Positions 17,920-25,850 of a stretch of 42,274 bases of DNA are shown piece by piece. Made by a program: the position numbers and the translations under genes. Position 1 is the first letter of the stretch. Every line of letters starts with the position of its first letter. The notes beneath the pieces were generated by a model, which was not told the origin of the DNA, did no database searches, and saw only the letters and a list, made by a program, of their open reading frames with translations. Source of the stretch: a virus. Its lineage: Duplodnaviria; Caudoviricetes. The stretch is from IMG/VR virus record IMGVR_UViG_3300025635_000045, positions 1 to 42,274 of that record. The stretch is one strand, 5' to 3'.

Positions 17920-18111
17920 TCAGAAACAGGCATCGCATGTGCAGTGCGGACGCTTGCCGCTCTCGCAATACGAACTGGCGTCGTGCGACGGGTGGAACGA
18001 TGTACCAGCCTCCCGCTCGCGGTCGCAGGATTGGCACTCGCCGGGCGCGAGCTTGTGCCGGCGGGCTGGGTTCGCCCGCAGGGCTTCGACTTGTTCGAGT
18101 AGCGTTGGCAT
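17920..18111 (-). CDS. Small Cys/His-rich protein
   Basis: CQSC..HPSH..C..HCTCDAC; GGACCGCACATG start motif. Confidence 0.6.
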   Translation of the reverse strand: MPTLLEQVEALRANPARRHKLAPGECQSCDREREAGTSFHPSHDASSYCESGKRPHCTCDACF

Positions 18112-18187
18112 GTGCGGTCCCTTTTCAATCAATCGTTCGGCTACAGTTTCCGTAACTATGTCCGTCTCACAACGCCGCCGCCGTTCA

Positions 18188-18472
18188 CTAGTCGAATGTT
18201 CGGTTCATCGCGTCCAAGTAAGACTCCATCCACTCAACAACGAGCAGGATCGCCGTATCGGGGTCCTGTCTTTCCATCCCGCGAACAAGACGGGCTAATA
18301 CAGTCCCCAACGCGATATACATAGGCGAGCGGTCGGCGTCGGGTGTGTCGTACTTTTTGCAAAGGGCTATCCATCTTTCACCCAGCTCAATGCCCTCATC
18401 GACTGGCACAGGTTCATCGGCGTTCGCGTTCCACCATCGGGTTTGATTATTTAGAAACACCACATCGGCCAT
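18188..18472 (-). CDS. Hypothetical protein
   Basis: ORF following the 19-bp repeated junction motif. Confidence 0.55.
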   Translation of the reverse strand: MADVVFLNNQTRWWNANADEPVPVDEGIELGERWIALCKKYDTPDADRSPMYIALGTVLARLVRGMERQDPDTAILLVVEWMESYLDAMNRTFD

Positions 18473-18476
18473 CGGT

Positions 18477-18785
18477 TCACTCTGCGGTCTTTAGTGCTGC
18501 GTCGATCATGTCGTTCCAGTATGTCACGCGGTCGTCGTCGGAAACGTAATCAAAGGAGTTAGTTTCCCCGCCGTATGAAAATGAGGTTGTTCCGCAATAG
18601 ATTTCTTTCATTGCTGGCGTCATCTCACGCATCGCCTCGATGGCGGCGCGGGCTAGTGGCTCTGCCGTTTGCAGGCAACACCCATCAATACCGCCAACTT
18701 GGCAGCAACGCGCGGTGCCGTGTTCGCTTTCATCTCCGAATTGCTTAAGACAGATCGCCCGTGCCACTCGTTCGACCATCGTCAT
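18477..18785 (-). CDS. Phage hypothetical protein
   Basis: MVERVARAIC...ARAAIEAMRE..MIDAAL pattern common in alphaproteobacterial phages. Confidence 0.7.
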   Translation of the reverse strand: MTMVERVARAICLKQFGDESEHGTARCCQVGGIDGCCLQTAEPLARAAIEAMREMTPAMKEIYCGTTSFSYGGETNSFDYVSDDDRVTYWNDMIDAALKTAE

Positions 18786-18794
18786 GTGCGGTCC

Positions 18795-18965
18795 TTAGCC
18801 GCCATAGTATTTGAGCACGCGCTTCATGGCGTCGATGAGTTTCCGATCCTCGTCCGGGTCATCCATGTCTGCCTTGATGTATTTTATCGACCGGCGAAGA
18901 CGAGCGCAGACCAGCGCGTCGAATGCGTCCGAGTCGATTGGAAGATTCACGTAGTGCTGTTTCAT
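18795..18965 (-). CDS. Hypothetical protein (56 aa)
   Basis: ATGA overlap with the HNH stop; MKQHYVNLPIDSDAFDALVC... Confidence 0.5.
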   Translation of the reverse strand: MKQHYVNLPIDSDAFDALVCARLRRSIKYIKADMDDPDEDRKLIDAMKRVLKYYGG

Positions 18966-19297
18966 CGCTTGACTATGCCTCCACCAATTTTCGCTTTGAA
19001 CGGCCCGCCGCGCGACGTTTGGAAACGGCTCTTGCGTTTGATGCCTGCTTCTCTTTTTCGGATGCGATTAGACTTCGCAATCGCCGGTATGTCGCGGCCA
19101 TAAGTCTTTTTCCCGTGGCACTCGTCACAGAGAACTCGGCAGTTATCGAGCGTCGCAGTTCCGCCAAACGCTGCGGGCTTGTCGTGGTCATAGTCAAAGT
19201 GCCCTGGGCGAAGAATACCGCCGCAGCTCTCGCAGCGTCCGCCGCTTCGTTCATACGCCTCCGTTCGCGTGCGATTGCTGAACTCATGGCGCTTCAA
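18962..19297 (-). CDS. HNH endonuclease
   Basis: RCESCG..DYDH..GGTATLDNCRVLCDECHGKKT. Confidence 0.85.
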   Translation of the reverse strand: MKRHEFSNRTRTEAYERSGGRCESCGGILRPGHFDYDHDKPAAFGGTATLDNCRVLCDECHGKKTYGRDIPAIAKSNRIRKREAGIKRKSRFQTSRGGPFKAKIGGGIVKR

Positions 19298-19629
19298 ATC
19301 TTCATGGCTCGATAGTTTGCACCCGCGCTACGCCACGCCTCAATCTTGAGTGCGGCGGCCTCACGAAGTCCCTTCATCGTTTCTAGTTCACCGGCGGCCA
19401 CAGCCTCGGCCTCAATCGCGGCCACGTATCCCTCGCTGGCGTATGCTTCGCGCTCTTGAGCGGACACGGGGATGCCCGCGTGTTTTTTCATTTCCAGGGC
19501 TTTGATGTGTTTGGTCATCCGCTCGGTGCGGATTGCGTTTGCCTTGGCTGCGCCGACATCGGCTGCGTTGTCGCGCAGCCAATCAAGCGCCTTCTCTACG
19601 TCCGCTTCCGATACGAGTTGATTGGTCAT
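19294..19629 (-). CDS. Coiled-coil hypothetical protein of the recombination module
   Basis: Helical; AQEREAY..KIEAWRS..AN.R; between SSB-like and HNH genes. Confidence 0.65.
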   Translation of the reverse strand: MTNQLVSEADVEKALDWLRDNAADVGAAKANAIRTERMTKHIKALEMKKHAGIPVSAQEREAYASEGYVAAIEAEAVAAGELETMKGLREAAALKIEAWRSAGANYRAMKI

Positions 19630-19644
19630 CCTGCGTTCCAGAGA

Positions 19645-19908
19645 TCAAAAGGGCACTTCGTCGCCGTCCATATCGTCCGCTACTGGCTTACGCGCGGCGG
19701 GCTTACTGGCGGGCTGTCCGTCCTTGCGCTTCACCGAGAAGCTAAGCGCCGGTGCCCTCTCGCCGGCATCTTCCTTGCGCCGCCAGGCCGAAACCCAGTA
19801 GTCGTGCCCATCGACGTTGATTGACCCCGTAAAGTCCGGGTCGCGTTCGCCGCGCTTCTTCTCGTTCTTCCAGATCGCGCCGCGATTGGTGTTGTCGTAC
19901 TCTGTCAT
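19645..19908 (-). CDS. Small ssDNA-binding-like protein
   Basis: PDFTGSINVDG..YWVSAW; acidic tail ending DGDEVPF. Confidence 0.75.
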   Translation of the reverse strand: MTEYDNTNRGAIWKNEKKRGERDPDFTGSINVDGHDYWVSAWRRKEDAGERAPALSFSVKRKDGQPASKPAARKPVADDMDGDEVPF

Positions 19909-20589
19909 TTAAGCCGCCTTCTGTTTGAACGACTGTCGCTTCTGTTCGACGCGCGCCATGACGCGCCCGTGAACTTTCGGGGCCGCGCTTTCGAGACGTT
20001 CAAGAGCCTCGGCGTTGTCGGCCATCCATTGCTCGACCTCGCCGGCATCGCGGGCCGTATCGACGGCAGCGACGAACAACCCGCCCCACGTCATTTCATC
20101 CTTGGCTGTGATCTTGTGCGGGCCGATCTCGCCCGTCTCCGGGTTGACCGGCGCTTCGGGTTTCTTGGGTTTGATCGGGCTGGGAGTCGAGGCCGTCTGC
20201 TCGGTTGTCCGCGCGCCCTCCGCGTCGTCGTCCTCGTCAGCAGCAATGCAGGCGATTGCCGACAGTGAGTAGCGGCGGGCGTAGGTGAGGGCGCTACCAA
20301 GCTCTTGCGGTTTGGCCGCCATCGGTAGCGGGTATTCGCTCGCAACCCATTGGCCGGTTGAATGACGCAGCGTCGTAACCAAGGCGAAGCCGCTGTCGCG
20401 GATTTCCGTGGTCTGCGTGTAGCTCAGGCCGTTGTCGGCCAGTGGCGCGCGGATCGCGTCAATGACGGCGGCAAGGTCCGCGTACTTGTTCTTGAAATGT
20501 GGGTTGGTCTTGTTGAACGCTGCGGCCCTCATCTGGCCCTGTGCCTTCGCTAGTGCGGCGGCGAGATCGGCGGTTTGTTCGGATTGCAT
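19909..20589 (-). CDS. erf: ERF-family ssDNA annealing protein
   Basis: NPHFKNKYADL; GSALTYARRYSLSAIACIAADEDDDA. Confidence 0.9.
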   Translation of the reverse strand: MQSEQTADLAAALAKAQGQMRAAAFNKTNPHFKNKYADLAAVIDAIRAPLADNGLSYTQTTEIRDSGFALVTTLRHSTGQWVASEYPLPMAAKPQELGSALTYARRYSLSAIACIAADEDDDAEGARTTEQTASTPSPIKPKKPEAPVNPETGEIGPHKITAKDEMTWGGLFVAAVDTARDAGEVEQWMADNAEALERLESAAPKVHGRVMARVEQKRQSFKQKAA

Positions 20590-20595
20590 GATTAT

Positions 20596-21387
20596 TTACT
20601 CCTTTTCGCGGATTGAGATTGCGCCAGCCTTTGAGCGGCTGGCTGCGATGCCGTGGCCGACACATTTGATGGCGTCTGCCGGGATGATTGACTTGAGCGC
20701 CTTGGTCGCGGCCTCGTTGTCCTTGTACGCTTGGCGCGTCGTGATCCACGTCACGGCGTTTGACGCCCACTCGTTGTTGCCGGTCATGTCGTAGATCTTT
20801 TCAGCCTTGACGGGTGCGGCGATGGGGGCGAGCGCGACGGGCGGCGTCAGGTCGCGCACGCACTCCATGAATTGCAGGGCGCGCATCCAGAGTTGGTTAG
20901 CGTAGTCTTGATCGAGCGTAACAATCTCGATAACTGGCTCCCGCGCGCCTTCGATGATTGAGAACACGCACTGCTTCGCTCCAGTCACCAACATCTGCCA
21001 ATGAGCCTGCGGCGCGTAGCGTTCAAGGATCGCGTTTGTTTTCTCAAACCCGCCGACGTGCTTGCATTCGACAGGGGCCGACAGATCGTCGTCCCACCCG
21101 TCAAGCGTGGCCGCCGCCCATTCGTGGTGTTCGCGCAGCACAACATCGCCGCGCCGTGACAGTGGTTTGCCGGTACGCTTCTCATACCAGTCGAGATTGA
21201 GGCTTTCGGTATGCGAGCCGAGTTGAACGGCCCAAATGTCGCTCAAATCTTCGTCCACAAAGGACGGGTCACCAACAAGCTCGCGCCAGAGGTTCATGAT
21301 CTTCTCCGGGTCGCCCGTCATGAGGCAGGCAACACGGCTGGCGGTCAGCTTACCGTCGCGCTGGCGGATTTGATCGGGACTAAGCAT
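20596..21387 (-). CDS. YqaJ/lambda-exonuclease-like recombinase nuclease
   Basis: LTAS, ATLDG, VECKH, YAPQAHWQMLVTG. Confidence 0.88.
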   Translation of the reverse strand: MLSPDQIRQRDGKLTASRVACLMTGDPEKIMNLWRELVGDPSFVDEDLSDIWAVQLGSHTESLNLDWYEKRTGKPLSRRGDVVLREHHEWAAATLDGWDDDLSAPVECKHVGGFEKTNAILERYAPQAHWQMLVTGAKQCVFSIIEGAREPVIEIVTLDQDYANQLWMRALQFMECVRDLTPPVALAPIAAPVKAEKIYDMTGNNEWASNAVTWITTRQAYKDNEAATKALKSIIPADAIKCVGHGIAASRSKAGAISIREKE

Positions 21388-21608
21388 TACACCGTCCTCC
21401 GATGTGTCGCGCGCAGCCCCTGCGCTATTGATGCGATGTGATAGGCTTCCCGCGCAGCGGCGTGGGCCTGCCGGTAAACTCGTTCCGCTGCGGATTGCGC
21501 GCGTTCCATCTGCCCGCAGGCGATAGCGTCAATCATTTCGGCGTAAGCGGCGGTCGCCGTGGTTAGCGCGGACTCTGCCTTGCCAGCAAATAGGTCGAGG
21601 CCGCTCAT
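21387..21608 (-). CDS. Hypothetical protein
   Basis: Coupled ORF in the left early operon. Confidence 0.5.
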   Translation of the reverse strand: MSGLDLFAGKAESALTTATAAYAEMIDAIACGQMERAQSAAERVYRQAHAAAREAYHIASIAQGLRATHRRTV

Positions 21609-21694
21609 ATCGCACCCGACATGATGCCCGCCCAAAGCCCGACGAAGGCGAGGAACAGAGCCATTCCGCTGAGTTCGATGAGGTCTAGGATCAT
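21605..21694 (-). CDS. Small hydrophobic peptide (29 aa)
   Basis: GAGGA RBS; MILDLIELSGMALFLAFVGLWAGIMSGAI. Confidence 0.5.
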   Translation of the reverse strand: MILDLIELSGMALFLAFVGLWAGIMSGAI

Positions 21695-21737
21695 GTTAGC
21701 GTCCTCGGTGTTCTCTAAAGATCGGTGCTGCTGTTGC

Positions 21738-22031
21738 TCAAACGGCGTCGGCCATCTCGTCGTGGAAGCTGTCCACGATGTGCCGGTCGTAGTGCGCCTC
21801 AAGCTCGTTGATGATTGCCCCGTGAAGCGGGTCACTCGGGACAATCTCGCATTCGACGGGCCTGCCGCTCTTGGGGTAGCCTGTGAGATAGACCCTGCGA
21901 ACGAACCACTGGCTGTTGCGGTCGATTTCGATTTCGACTGATCCCGAAACAAGGCCAGCCGTCAGGGCGTTGCCCGCGTGATCGGTGAAGCGGCGCAGGG
22001 GCAGATCGTCGAAGGAATAATTCCAGCGCAT
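21738..22031 (-). CDS. Hypothetical protein
   Basis: AGGAGG RBS. Confidence 0.65.
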   Translation of the reverse strand: MRWNYSFDDLPLRRFTDHAGNALTAGLVSGSVEIEIDRNSQWFVRRVYLTGYPKSGRPVECEIVPSDPLHGAIINELEAHYDRHIVDSFHDEMADAV

Positions 22032-22040
22032 TTGATCCTC

Positions 22041-22229
22041 CTAAGCAGCGGTTAGTGCGGCAATGTTGGCTTTGTGGATGACCTTGGCGCGTTCGACGGC
22101 CCGCGCGATTTCGCGGCGGTATTCGTCAAGCGTCACGGTGCGATACGGACCCCACACCACGTTGCCGCGTTTGTCGGTGCCGATCTGGTCCCGAATTTTC
22201 CAAGTGTGTTCAGCGCGTTTGGCGTTCAT
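22041..22229 (-). CDS. Hypothetical protein
   Basis: GGAG RBS; ATGA coupling. Confidence 0.6.
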   Translation of the reverse strand: MNAKRAEHTWKIRDQIGTDKRGNVVWGPYRTVTLDEYRREIARAVERAKVIHKANIAALTAA

Positions 22230-22357
22230 GTGCGTTCACTCCGCACGCGGATTTCGTAGCGGTCCGGGTGGATGACCTCGCCGCCCGTGCGGGCGAGGGT
22301 AGCGGCGATCCGATCCTTGTGGGCGATCTGCTGGGCAACTTGGCGTTCGATGGTCAT
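22226..22357 (-). CDS. First gene of the PL operon (43 aa)
   Basis: GGGAGG RBS; MTIERQVAQQIAHKDRIAATLARTGGEVIHPDRYEIRVRSERT. Confidence 0.55.
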   Translation of the reverse strand: MTIERQVAQQIAHKDRIAATLARTGGEVIHPDRYEIRVRSERT

Positions 22358-22395
22358 CTCGTCCTCCCGTGTGTGCGTCTCGATCTGATGGGTGC

Positions 22396-22424
22396 AGGTT
22401 ATTTGCGTATCTCAAATAAGTCAA
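22396..22424 (-). promoter_or_regulatory. PL-like promoter/operator
   Basis: TTGACT-17-TAACCT overlapping the palindrome TTATTTG-N7-CAAATAA. Confidence 0.75.
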
Positions 22425-22519
22425 CCAGAAATTTTGCACTTTTCAAAAAGAATTTTCGTGCGCCTTGCGAACGGTTGGAATTTGTGGGCAAATCGACATT
22501 CAGGAAATTGGGGGGGCGC

Positions 22520-23083
22520 ATGGATCGTTCCGCAACCGAATACCTATTGAATGAGGCCACGCAGGCCATGTGCCGGATGCTCCCTCGCGACCCTGAACAC
22601 GCCAGAGAGGTGGGCGCCAGGGTGGCTAAACTGGCCGGGGCGCGGCCCCCCTACCGTCTGCACGGAATAGCCGCCCTGTGGGCATCTCTGGCCGTTTGCG
22701 CGGCCTTTGGAGTGGCCACTATTCGGGGGGCGACGGCCACAACAGACCCGCCGCACCGCACCTTTGATGTCGAATTGCTGGAAACGGTGGTCGGCCCGGA
22801 CAACCCGCTACAGGTCCGCTTCACCAGCCACCGCAGCAGGTTATGCAAGGCCGATCTAGAGCGGATCGTGCTGGACGCGGATGGTTCCCCCGTTCACGCC
22901 ATACGGCGGCCCGGAATCGGACAGGCTGTCACAGCCGAGCCGATAACCCGCACCGTGCGGGTTCCGTTGCCCCATGGGCTTCCCGTGGGAAAATACACCT
23001 ACCGATACACGATTTATTCCGACTGCGGGGGTGACATCTTTGCGGACCAGGGGCCAGATCTGCCATTTGAAATCAGGAACTAA
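22520..23083 (+). CDS. Membrane-anchored periplasmic protein within the immunity region; apparent paralogue of 9413-9895
   Basis: TM helix then beta-rich domain with two Cys aligned to those of 9413-9895; convergent with cI. Confidence 0.7.
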   Translation: MDRSATEYLLNEATQAMCRMLPRDPEHAREVGARVAKLAGARPPYRLHGIAALWASLAVCAAFGVATIRGATATTDPPHRTFDVELLETVVGPDNPLQVRFTSHRSRLCKADLERIVLDADGSPVHAIRRPGIGQAVTAEPITRTVRVPLPHGLPVGKYTYRYTIYSDCGGDIFADQGPDLPFEIRN

Positions 23084-23436
23084 GTCCGCGCCTTGGGCGG
23101 GCGACCACGGCGAGGGGTGGGCCTGGGCTGTTCCGGCTCTGGCCGGTAGTTGTACAGGGCGCGATTAAATTCGGGCGTGTTGTTCCGCGTCACGCCGTTG
23201 ATGACCCAGAACGGATCGACGCCGAAGGACTCCCATAACCCCACCAGGGCCTCATAGGGCACCTTACTGCGTCCGCTGAGATAGCCGCTCCATGTGCCAG
23301 CGTCATGGACCCCTGCGCGGCGCCCAATTTCTCCCTGCGTTAGTCCGGGCTGCGCTTGTTCCATCGCTCGGCACATGCGGGTCATCCGCGCGGCAATCTG
23401 CGGTTTTAATTTCTCGTCCGGGTCCATCTCGGCCAC
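23080..23436 (-). CDS. CI-like XRE repressor (no peptidase domain)
   Basis: LTQGEIGRRAGV..TWSGYLSGRSKVP..FGVDPFWVING; divergent from cro; GGAGG RBS. Confidence 0.8.
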   Translation of the reverse strand: MAEMDPDEKLKPQIAARMTRMCRAMEQAQPGLTQGEIGRRAGVHDAGTWSGYLSGRSKVPYEALVGLWESFGVDPFWVINGVTRNNTPEFNRALYNYRPEPEQPRPTPRRGRPPKART

Positions 23437-23496
23437 CGGCTAACACCTCCCTGTTGATCTGCAAATAACAATTTTCAACAATTATTTTGCGAACGC

Positions 23497-23525
23497 TTGA
23501 CTTGTTTGAGAAACGCAAATAATCT
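23497..23525 (+). promoter_or_regulatory. PR-like promoter/operator
   Basis: TTGACT-17-TAATCT, near-identical to PL; 6 nt before the cro ATG (probably leaderless). Confidence 0.75.
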
Positions 23526-23531
23526 GCACGC

Positions 23532-23750
23532 ATGCGAAAGATGCAGACAGCCTCAGAGGCAATCGACGCGGTGGGCGGCACGGGCGCATTCGCCCGCTGG
23601 TACGGCGTTGACGATGCGACGGTTTCACTGTGGCGCACCCGTGGGTTCCCGGCGAGATCGTTCATTCTGATGGGCGAGCGGCTGCGGCAGGAGCACCGGA
23701 TCGACGTTCCGCCGTCTGCTTGGAAAATGCTTGAGCCGGTGCGCGAATGA
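23532..23750 (+). CDS. Cro-like regulator
   Basis: IDAVGGTGAFARWYGVDDATVSLWRTRGFP. Confidence 0.85.
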   Translation: MRKMQTASEAIDAVGGTGAFARWYGVDDATVSLWRTRGFPARSFILMGERLRQEHRIDVPPSAWKMLEPVRE

Positions 23751-23994
23751 CATCACCGGCACCCGCCCAGCTCGATCACCCGCGCGATCAGCGCGGCGGC
23801 ACCAGCAATCAACGTCATCCACTCACGCACGGGCGGCACCTCCCGTTATCGCCTGCCGTAGCTCCCGTGTGTGCCACTGACCACGGCGGGCGCAACTCGG
23901 GGACGGAGTACGCAACACGTTTCTCCGTCCCCGCCTTTCCCGCGCATCGGGGCTTGCGCGGTTCAGTTCTTTTGAGTGATCAGGGAGTTTTATC

Positions 23995-24249
23995 ATGCGT
24001 ACTGAGTACCGCGACGGCGCTGCCGCACATAACGAAACGCTACGCAAGATTTCGCATGGCGCTGCAAGAATTTGCAGATGCCGCTTCGGCGCAGCCTGGA
24101 AGGGGCTTTATCCGTTCAAGGCTGCGGAAGAACTTGCACACCGGACCGGCTGTTCGCAACGAACAGCGTCCTATCAATTATCCGGCGAACACGAACCGAG
24201 CGCGCGGTCGATTTGTGCGCTGGTGAACGAGTGTATGCGGATGGACTAA
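23995..24249 (+). CDS. CII-like HTH protein
   Basis: AAEELAHRTGCSQRTASYQLSGEHEPS; GGGAG RBS; position after cro. Confidence 0.6.
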   Translation: MRTEYRDGAAAHNETLRKISHGAARICRCRFGAAWKGLYPFKAAEELAHRTGCSQRTASYQLSGEHEPSARSICALVNECMRMD

Positions 24250-24415
24250 CTAACCCCACCCGGTTTCGAGCATCCCGCTCATTCAGGCAATCACGCCTTA
24301 CGAAAACAATGAAAGGGGTTTCTCGGAGAAGGGGCCGGGTGGGGACTGATTCGGATGTTTCAGTAACAGTGCGTCGCGAAGCACCGGGCGGACAGGTGCA
24401 TTTGTCGGGGGTCGA

Positions 24416-24949
24416 ATGCTGACCGAGCTACAGCGCCAGCGCGAGGCGCACAAAGCTGTTCGCGCAAGACTATGGTCCACACCAAAACCAGAACCAAAGG
24501 TCGTTCCGATCAAGGATCGCGACGAACCAAAGCCGGTCCCGATCTACCAGATCACGGCGAATGTCCCGCTCGGTAACATCGTCCACTTCACGGGACTCAT
24601 CGTTCGCCCGCATATCGTCCACAAGCGCAGACCGTACCTGGATGACATCATCAACGTGGTGGCCGACTTCTACCGGCTAAGCGTTCGCGACATCAAATCC
24701 GTCCACCGCGACACCGTGACGGTGCGGGCGCGGCACATGGTTATTCATCTGGCCCGCGAGATGACGCCGCTCTCCCTGCCGTTCATCGGTCGCAAGCTCG
24801 GCGGCAAGGATCACACGACGATCCTTCACGGGGCTCGCCGCATGAAATCGCTGGTCCGCGATGATCCGCGCACGGCGGACGAGGTTGCCATTCTCAAACT
24901 GAAAATCTCTGACCTGTTGGGCAAGTGGGGCAAAACTGATGCTGAGTAA
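24416..24949 (+). CDS. DnaA C-terminal DNA-binding domain protein
   Basis: IINVVADFY..RARHMVIHLAREMTPLSLPFIGRKLGGKDHTTILHGAR. Confidence 0.88.
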   Translation: MLTELQRQREAHKAVRARLWSTPKPEPKVVPIKDRDEPKPVPIYQITANVPLGNIVHFTGLIVRPHIVHKRRPYLDDIINVVADFYRLSVRDIKSVHRDTVTVRARHMVIHLAREMTPLSLPFIGRKLGGKDHTTILHGARRMKSLVRDDPRTADEVAILKLKISDLLGKWGKTDAE

Positions 24950-25400
24950 TTGGGACAAGGAACGTGACGGTCTGTTGAAGGATTTTCATGCCATCGGCAT
25001 GGCCTACGCCGCAATCGCGCATGAAATCAACGGGCAGACCGGATCGGCGTTCACAAAGAGCGCAATAGCCGGTCGAGCGAAGCGCCTTGAATTGCCAATC
25101 CGAAAACCAGGAACTCGCGGCGCTGGCCGCCCGTCTCTAAGGCCCGCGCCCAAGCCGATTGGCCCGGTCGAGAGCTTGAACGTCTCGTTGATCGACCTTC
25201 ACGCGGACCAATGCCGCTATGTCACAAGTGGCGATGGGGCGGCCACTTTTTTCTGCGGCCATCCCACGGAACGCGGGCCGTATTGCCCGTGGCATCGCAC
25301 GTTTGTCTATGTGCCAGTTGAGTTGCGTATCCGTCAGAAACAACAGGAACGCAACCATGCCGCCGAGCAAGGACGATCTGGAATTTCAGCGTCGTATTGA
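24939..25400 (+). CDS. gcrA: GcrA-like cell-cycle regulator
   Basis: N-terminal W..ER..L..GMAYAAIA..TKSAIAGRAKRL; C-terminal LIDL..QCRY..FFCGHP..PYCPWH. Confidence 0.82.
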   Translation: MLSNWDKERDGLLKDFHAIGMAYAAIAHEINGQTGSAFTKSAIAGRAKRLELPIRKPGTRGAGRPSLRPAPKPIGPVESLNVSLIDLHADQCRYVTSGDGAATFFCGHPTERGPYCPWHRTFVYVPVELRIRQKQQERNHAAEQGRSGISASY

Positions 25401-25515
25401 CGAACTGCGCGCCGTCTTGAAAAAGCTTGGCGTCAACCCGGACGAACAGCGCGGGCGGGTGAAGCTCGCGCAATGTCTCGCCGTCATTGCCGGTTCGACG
25501 GAGAGCGCGGCGTGA
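25357..25515 (+). CDS. Hypothetical protein
   Basis: AGGA RBS; GTGA coupling. Confidence 0.5.
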   Translation: MPPSKDDLEFQRRIDELRAVLKKLGVNPDEQRGRVKLAQCLAVIAGSTESAA

Positions 25516-25850
25516 CTGAGGAGGCCATTCATCGCGCCGTTGTCGATCACCTGCGCGCCTACGGCAATCCCGAGGCCGTGTGGTTTCACGTCGCCAACGG
25601 ATCGAAGGCTAGTCCGCAATACCGGAGAAAGCTTGCCGCCCTGGGTTTGCGTCCAGGCGTGTCTGATTTGATCTGCCTGCACAACGGTGAAGCCTTTGCC
25701 CTTGAACTTAAACGCGAAGCCAAGGGCAGAGTTTCAGCGCATCAAAATAAATTTCTGTCCGATTGGCGGAATGCGGGAGGGCATGGCGTGGTCGCTGAAG
25801 GTCTGGACGAGGCTTTGGCCTGCATCAAGGCATGGGGGTGGTTGAGATGA
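25512..25850 (+). CDS. VRR-NUC domain nuclease
   Basis: FHVANG..GLRPGVSDL..LELK..GRVSAHQ. Confidence 0.85.
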   Translation: MTEEAIHRAVVDHLRAYGNPEAVWFHVANGSKASPQYRRKLAALGLRPGVSDLICLHNGEAFALELKREAKGRVSAHQNKFLSDWRNAGGHGVVAEGLDEALACIKAWGWLR

